Of a stretch of 64,000 bases of DNA, positions 59,575 to 64,000 are shown in pieces. Location: NCBI GenBank assembly GCA_046290225.1, contig JBKAGE010000075.1:224001-288000 (forward strand), read 5' to 3'. The position numbers and the translations under genes were made by a program. The stretch comes from Bradymonadia bacterium. GTDB taxonomy: Bacteria; Myxococcota_A; Bradymonadia; UBA7976; UBA1532. Under the pieces are notes generated by a model. The model was not told where the DNA came from. It was given only the letters and a program-made list of their open reading frames with translations, and did no database searches. Each line of letters opens with the position of its first letter. Position 1 is the first letter of the stretch.

Positions 59575-60642
59575 ATGAACCAACCTCGTCGTCAGAACAT
59601 GATCCGGCTCATGAGCTCAGTGGTCCACGGCTACCTCGGCCGTCAGCGTACGCTGAACCACCCGCCTTTCCGACTCTGGGTCGAGCCCACGAGTCACTGC
59701 AACATCGCCTGTCAGATGTGCCCTACGCCGGATTTCACCCGGGACATGAAGGGCTATATGTCGATGGAGGTGTTCCGGCACATCGTCGATCAGGTCTCGC
59801 CGTTCTTGAACGAGATCTACCTGTTCCATCGCGGGGAGAGCCTGCTCAACCCGAACATCAGCGACATGGTGGCCTACGCCAAGGCCGCGGGTATGTCGAC
59901 GAAGATCAACACCAACGTCACCCTGCTCACCGAGAAGCGGGCCCAGGCGTTGCTCGACGCCGGCCTCGATCTCATCAGCTTCAGCGTCGACGGCTACAAC
60001 AAAGAGGTCTACGAGAAGATCAGGCGCAAGGCGAAGTGGGACAAAGTGCTGCCCAACGCCCGGCGGTTCCTCGAGATGCGCGAAGAGGGTGGCTACAAGA
60101 CCCTCGCTCAGATGGAGGTCCTCGAGTTCCGCCACCTTTTCGAGTCCGACGCCGCCTTTGAAGAGGCTCAGAAAGACTTCTGGGCCTACTTCGAGCCCTA
60201 CGAGTGGGACAAGCAGATCCGCCGAGATCTGCACAACGTCGGGGGGAACGTCGATCTCGACGTGAACGACGGCTACACCCGCGAGAAAGAGGTGTACCAG
60301 CCCTGCTCCTACCCCTGGTATGCGCTGGCGATTCTGTGGAACGGCAAGGTGCACCCGTGCCCCCGCGATTTCATGGGCAAGATGCCCATCGGCGACGTGC
60401 GCACCGAGCACATCCTCGACATCTGGAACGGCGATCGCATGCGGCAGATCCGCGACGGGGTCATCCGCAAGGACTTCGCAGATCAGGAAGTCTGCGCGAG
60501 CTGTGATCAGCCCTACAAGTACACCCAGGTCTACATGGGCGTGCCTCTGGACTACATCCCCGCTTACTTCCGGGACAGCCCGCTGCGGTATGGCGTGAAG
60601 CGCATGCTGCAGGGCGTGCCCGGCCTGGGCGCTCGTTTGTAA
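59575..60642 (+). CDS. Radical SAM protein with SPASM domain
   Basis: EPTSHCNIACQMC (CxxxCxxC), GESLLNP, TN..LL, FSVDG; C..PW...I.WNG.V.PC..D...IG and C..C. Confidence 0.92.
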   Translation: MNQPRRQNMIRLMSSVVHGYLGRQRTLNHPPFRLWVEPTSHCNIACQMCPTPDFTRDMKGYMSMEVFRHIVDQVSPFLNEIYLFHRGESLLNPNISDMVAYAKAAGMSTKINTNVTLLTEKRAQALLDAGLDLISFSVDGYNKEVYEKIRRKAKWDKVLPNARRFLEMREEGGYKTLAQMEVLEFRHLFESDAAFEEAQKDFWAYFEPYEWDKQIRRDLHNVGGNVDLDVNDGYTREKEVYQPCSYPWYALAILWNGKVHPCPRDFMGKMPIGDVRTEHILDIWNGDRMRQIRDGVIRKDFADQEVCASCDQPYKYTQVYMGVPLDYIPAYFRDSPLRYGVKRMLQGVPGLGARL

Positions 60643-60665
60643 TTTAGCCGCAGAGCTGTGGGATC

Positions 60666-61655
60666 TCAGACCCGCCCGGTCTGAATGAACCACTTCACTG
60701 TCTCGGGGATGCCCATCTCCGGGCTCACCGCCGGGCTATATCCCAAATCGCGATGGGCCCTGCTGATGTCGAAGCGGCGATCATAGATCGTGTTTTCGAT
60801 GTTGCGCCGCGTGACGATGGGGGTACCGCCCGTGCGCACCGCCCACTGCTCCACACCAGTGGCGGCCAACCGCATCGCCCAACCCGGCACATAGACGAAG
60901 GGTCGAGGGCCTACGTTGAGGGCCTTCAGGATCAATCGCCGCATGTGGGCCAGGTCCAGGCTGTCTTCACCACAGATGAGGTAGGTCGACCCTGGCACGC
61001 CCTTGGTGAGGGCTTTCTCGATGCCTTGCACCACATCAGCCACGTGGACCAGAGGCGTCAGGTTCTTGCCGAGGCCCACTCGGGGAAACACACCCTTCTT
61101 GATGAGGCGTGTCTGCTTGAGGAACTCACCCTCACCCCCGATCCCGTAAACCATGCAGGGCCGGATCACGCACACCGGCACCTCGGCATCGGACCAGTGC
61201 GACAGCGCCTCGATCTCGCTCTGGTGCTTGCTCTTTTGATAGGGCGTCGCCGGTTGGGGTGGGTGATCTTCCGAGACGAGGGGGGCCTTGATGAGACCCA
61301 TGGCCGCCGTGCTCGACACGTGGATGAACTTCGAGATCTGTGTGCCGTGAAAACGGCGGAGCAGGTTCGCCGTGCCCTCGACGTTCACCCGCCTGAAGTT
61401 CTCAAAGGCCTCTTCGCTGATGGCGGAGACGTGGCCCAGGGCGGCGAGGTGCACCACTACGTCGACGTTCTCCTCCACGCCCTCCAGGGTCTCGGGCTGC
61501 GTCACGTCGCCCACGAAGGGCGCCACGCGATGCTCCAGCAAGCCCAGGCGGCTCGGATCTCGAACCAGCGCTCTGATGAAGTGTCCGGCGTCGAGGAGAC
61601 GCCGACAGAGAGTTTGACCGATGAACCCTGTGGCTCCGGTGACCAGAATCTGCAT
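60666..61655 (-). CDS. NAD-dependent epimerase/dehydratase (extended SDR)
   Basis: ILVTGATGFIG, HLAA, NV.GT, SS, YQKSK and RP..VYG. Confidence 0.92.
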   Translation of the reverse strand: MQILVTGATGFIGQTLCRRLLDAGHFIRALVRDPSRLGLLEHRVAPFVGDVTQPETLEGVEENVDVVVHLAALGHVSAISEEAFENFRRVNVEGTANLLRRFHGTQISKFIHVSSTAAMGLIKAPLVSEDHPPQPATPYQKSKHQSEIEALSHWSDAEVPVCVIRPCMVYGIGGEGEFLKQTRLIKKGVFPRVGLGKNLTPLVHVADVVQGIEKALTKGVPGSTYLICGEDSLDLAHMRRLILKALNVGPRPFVYVPGWAMRLAATGVEQWAVRTGGTPIVTRRNIENTIYDRRFDISRAHRDLGYSPAVSPEMGIPETVKWFIQTGRV

Positions 61656-61741
61656 GGTGGTGCCCTGAGAAGTGCGTTGCGTCACTCTCTCCTTAGGCGG
61701 CAGAGCGGTCAAATCACGTGAGGCGGTTTCGAGGGCGGGCT

Positions 61742-62056
61742 TCAGGCAGCGACGTCGAGTCGGCCCCCGACGGTCTGGCCTTCCTGAAAGACGATTTGCC
61801 CGCGGGCGGAGTACATCGGGGCAGGGGTGCCGGCCCTCACCCGAGGACGGCGGGGCAGTCGAGGGGCTTCCCGCCTGCTCTGAGTGCTGGCCCCCTGGGC
61901 GTCGGCCTCGGCGTGCGTGCTCTCCTCTGCGGTGGAGCCCGTTGCGTCGAAGATGCCGTCAGTGGCCTCTACGGGCACCGTGCCCTGGCGGCCCAGCCAC
62001 GCGCCGAGACGCTCCGTCACTCCCCAGATGCCACTGCCGTGAATCGCCACAGACAT
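61742..62056 (-). CDS. Small hypothetical protein
   Basis: ATG 3 nt after the dnaJ-like stop with GGGAG SD; ends YSARG...GGRLDVAA. Confidence 0.45.
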   Translation of the reverse strand: MSVAIHGSGIWGVTERLGAWLGRQGTVPVEATDGIFDATGSTAEESTHAEADAQGASTQSRREAPRLPRRPRVRAGTPAPMYSARGQIVFQEGQTVGGRLDVAA

Positions 62057-62059
62057 CGA

Positions 62060-63085
62060 TTACGCTCCCATGGCTTGAAGGGTGAGGATCAAGTCGCCGC
62101 GATCGTCGCCGCCCCAGGTGGGCAGACCTTGACCGCGCAGGCGCAGTCGAGTGCCCGGGCGGCTTCCGGCGGGCAGGCGCACCTTGATCTGGCCGTCCAC
62201 GCCCTGGGCCTCGACGATGCCGCCTTCACTCAGGGTGGCCTGAGGCACCCGGGCCCTGCTGTGCAGATCGGCGTCCATGCGCTCGAAGCCCGTGAGCGGC
62301 GCAGGATCCAGTACCAGGAAGAGATCGCCGGCGCCGTGGGGCCCTTCGTGGCCTTTGCCCTCGAGCCTGATCTTGTCACCGCGGCGAGCGCCTGGGGGCA
62401 CCTGAACCCGCAGCGTCTCGCGGACCTCTCGCTGACCGTCAGCGGTCATGACGCGACGACGCATGGCGAAGTGGATCGAGCCGCCATGGCGCACGTGCTC
62501 CGCCCGGACAGGGAGTCGGCGGGAGATGTCCAGGGTCCGGCCCCGGCGGCCGCTGGCGAGTCGGCTCCACCAGCTCTGGGTGTCAGCGCCCACCTCTGGC
62601 GGGGGCACCGGCGCTGCAGGGATGGGCTCGTGCGAGCGCTGAGCGGCTGCCTCTGCGGCACGGGCGGCGCGGGCGGCCTTCTCGGCGGCTTCGGCGGCGA
62701 CGCGGGCTGCCCGGGCGGCCTTCCACGAGGCGGCCTGCTGACGCCAGCGGGCTCGGGCGGCCTCTCGATCCTTGGTGCTGCGAGTGCGCTGGGCCCTCGG
62801 CGCCTCGGTCTTGGAGGGCTCGGGGGCGGGCTGTGGCGCAGGGCGTGACGCTGGACGGGGCGAGGCCTTTGGCGAGGCTTTGGCCTGGGCTTTGTTGCTC
62901 AGATGGGCCACGAGGTGGTTGTAGGCCGCCGTGATCGACTTGAACTTCTCCACACTCTCGGGCCGGGGATCCACATCAGGATGCATCTTGAGGGCGAGGC
63001 TCCGATACGCCTTGCGGACCTCAACGAGGCTGGCCCCCGGCATCAACCCCAGGGCGCGGTGGCTTTGGCGAAGACTGAGGGTCAT
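62060..63085 (-). CDS. DnaJ/CbpA-like co-chaperone (J domain + DnaJ C-terminal domain, no Zn finger)
   Basis: LGL...EVRKAYRSLALKMHPD...FKSITAAY; VPPG...G.KIRLEGKG..G...GDL; LRLRGQG.P...RGDL. Confidence 0.88.
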   Translation of the reverse strand: MTLSLRQSHRALGLMPGASLVEVRKAYRSLALKMHPDVDPRPESVEKFKSITAAYNHLVAHLSNKAQAKASPKASPRPASRPAPQPAPEPSKTEAPRAQRTRSTKDREAARARWRQQAASWKAARAARVAAEAAEKAARAARAAEAAAQRSHEPIPAAPVPPPEVGADTQSWWSRLASGRRGRTLDISRRLPVRAEHVRHGGSIHFAMRRRVMTADGQREVRETLRVQVPPGARRGDKIRLEGKGHEGPHGAGDLFLVLDPAPLTGFERMDADLHSRARVPQATLSEGGIVEAQGVDGQIKVRLPAGSRPGTRLRLRGQGLPTWGGDDRGDLILTLQAMGA

Positions 63086-63451
63086 GTGGTTTCTCCCTAC
63101 GGGCCGGTGGACGCACGGAGACATTGCCAGCGCCGTGCCAGACCCAATGTAGGCGTTTTCGGGCGTTCGGTGCGCACAGGCTTGCAGCCTCTAGAGCGGG
63201 GCGGTGAGTCAGGTTGAGAGGCTTTACTTGTGTTTTCTGATGTTTGGCCAGTGTGCACGGTGGTGCATGGGCCAAACCAGTCACTGTGCATCACTGTGCA
63301 CAGTGAAGGGGAAGGACGCCCTCCTGTATCCGGGCCTGCTTCACCCCAAAATGCGTCATCGAAGAAAAAGTGCGCTTTTGTCCGATCCGGTGACCAGAGG
63401 TGTCACGGGGGGTGGATAGATTGCCTGTGTTCACTCCACAGGAGGTCTCTC

Positions 63452-64000
63452 ATGAACCACACGCCACTCTTCCAGGTGATCGACGATTTGCGACACTTCA
63501 TCGAGTACACCCTGCTCACGGGGTTCACGCCGGAAGACGAGCTCGTGGACGCTGCTGTTGGTGCTTTCACCGGCGCGGCGCCCGAGGCCACCTTGAGGCC
63601 CTATGCCCTCAAGCTCGCCGGTGAGATCGCCCAGGCACAGAAGGTCATGCGTCGCGGCTGGCCGGAGCACACCGATTGTGATCGCCTCGACGCGGCCTTC
63701 GAACAGCTCAAGCAAAGCGGGATCCTCAGCCGCCAACACTTCACGTGTTGTGGCACCTGCGGGGCCTTCGAGATGCAAGACGAGATCGCCCGCTCGCTGA
63801 GCCTCGGCGAGCGCACTCGAGGTTATGTTTTTTATCACGAGCAGGATACTGAATCGGCGGTGGACGGCTATGGGCTCTATTTGAGCTATGGGGCCACCGA
63901 AGCGGGGGAGGCGGCGGCCCTCGGTGTCGCCGAAGAGATCGTCGACGCCTTGCATCGAGCGGGCCTGAAGACGCGCTGGAACGGCAAATGGTCTGCCCGC
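63452..64000 (+). CDS. DUF6891-like protein (3' end outside window)
   Basis: AGGAGG SD; MNHTPLFQ...WPEHTDCDRLDAAFEQL...GI..RQHFTCCGTCG...GYVFYHEQD...GLYLSYG...GL...WNG; frame open to the window end. Confidence 0.75.
   Translation, partial: MNHTPLFQVIDDLRHFIEYTLLTGFTPEDELVDAAVGAFTGAAPEATLRPYALKLAGEIAQAQKVMRRGWPEHTDCDRLDAAFEQLKQSGILSRQHFTCCGTCGAFEMQDEIARSLSLGERTRGYVFYHEQDTESAVDGYGLYLSYGATEAGEAAALGVAEEIVDALHRAGLKTRWNGKWSAR

Noticed and set aside
59575..61655. Radical SAM/SPASM plus epimerase as a RiPP or flagellin-glycosylation cluster
   Set aside because: The genes are convergent, with no precursor peptide, PqqD domain or glycosyltransferase nearby.

Overview
GC-rich bacterial chromosomal segment, most likely from a Myxococcota/Bradymonadia-like deltaproteobacterium. 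This is inferred from a MXAN_4361-type small protein, M. xanthus-type LexA boxes, an FHA-CpaF fusion and myxobacteria-style lipoproteins. The first ~20 kb is an intact late flagellar cluster: flgI(partial)-flgJ/M23-flgM-flgN-flgK-flgL-csrA-fliW, a class I adenylate cyclase, fliS and a fliT-like gene, converging on fliD-flaG and three flagellins, with a GGDEF gene divergent from the last flagellin. Five sigma28-like promoters and CsrA-type GGA hairpins over all three flagellin ribosome-binding sites can be read directly from the sequence. The remainder is housekeeping, envelope and signalling: murC/murD, biotin carboxylase/BCCP, ruvC-ruvA and ruvB, ExbB-ExbD-TonB, ParA with TRASH-like fingers, TolC, MlaC, FHA proteins, MFS, pyk, PilZ/HDOD/sigma54 activator, radical SAM, epimerase and a DnaJ-like gene. 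The most unusual feature is a symmetric 411-bp non-coding element (10852-11262) between the convergent fliT-like and fliD genes. It has two inverted arrays of a CTGTAGCGGACG repeat whose eight different spacers each fold into a hairpin, mostly with a C-GNA-G triloop, around a ~125-bp unique core. No rRNA, tRNA, CRISPR-Cas or transposase was recognised.
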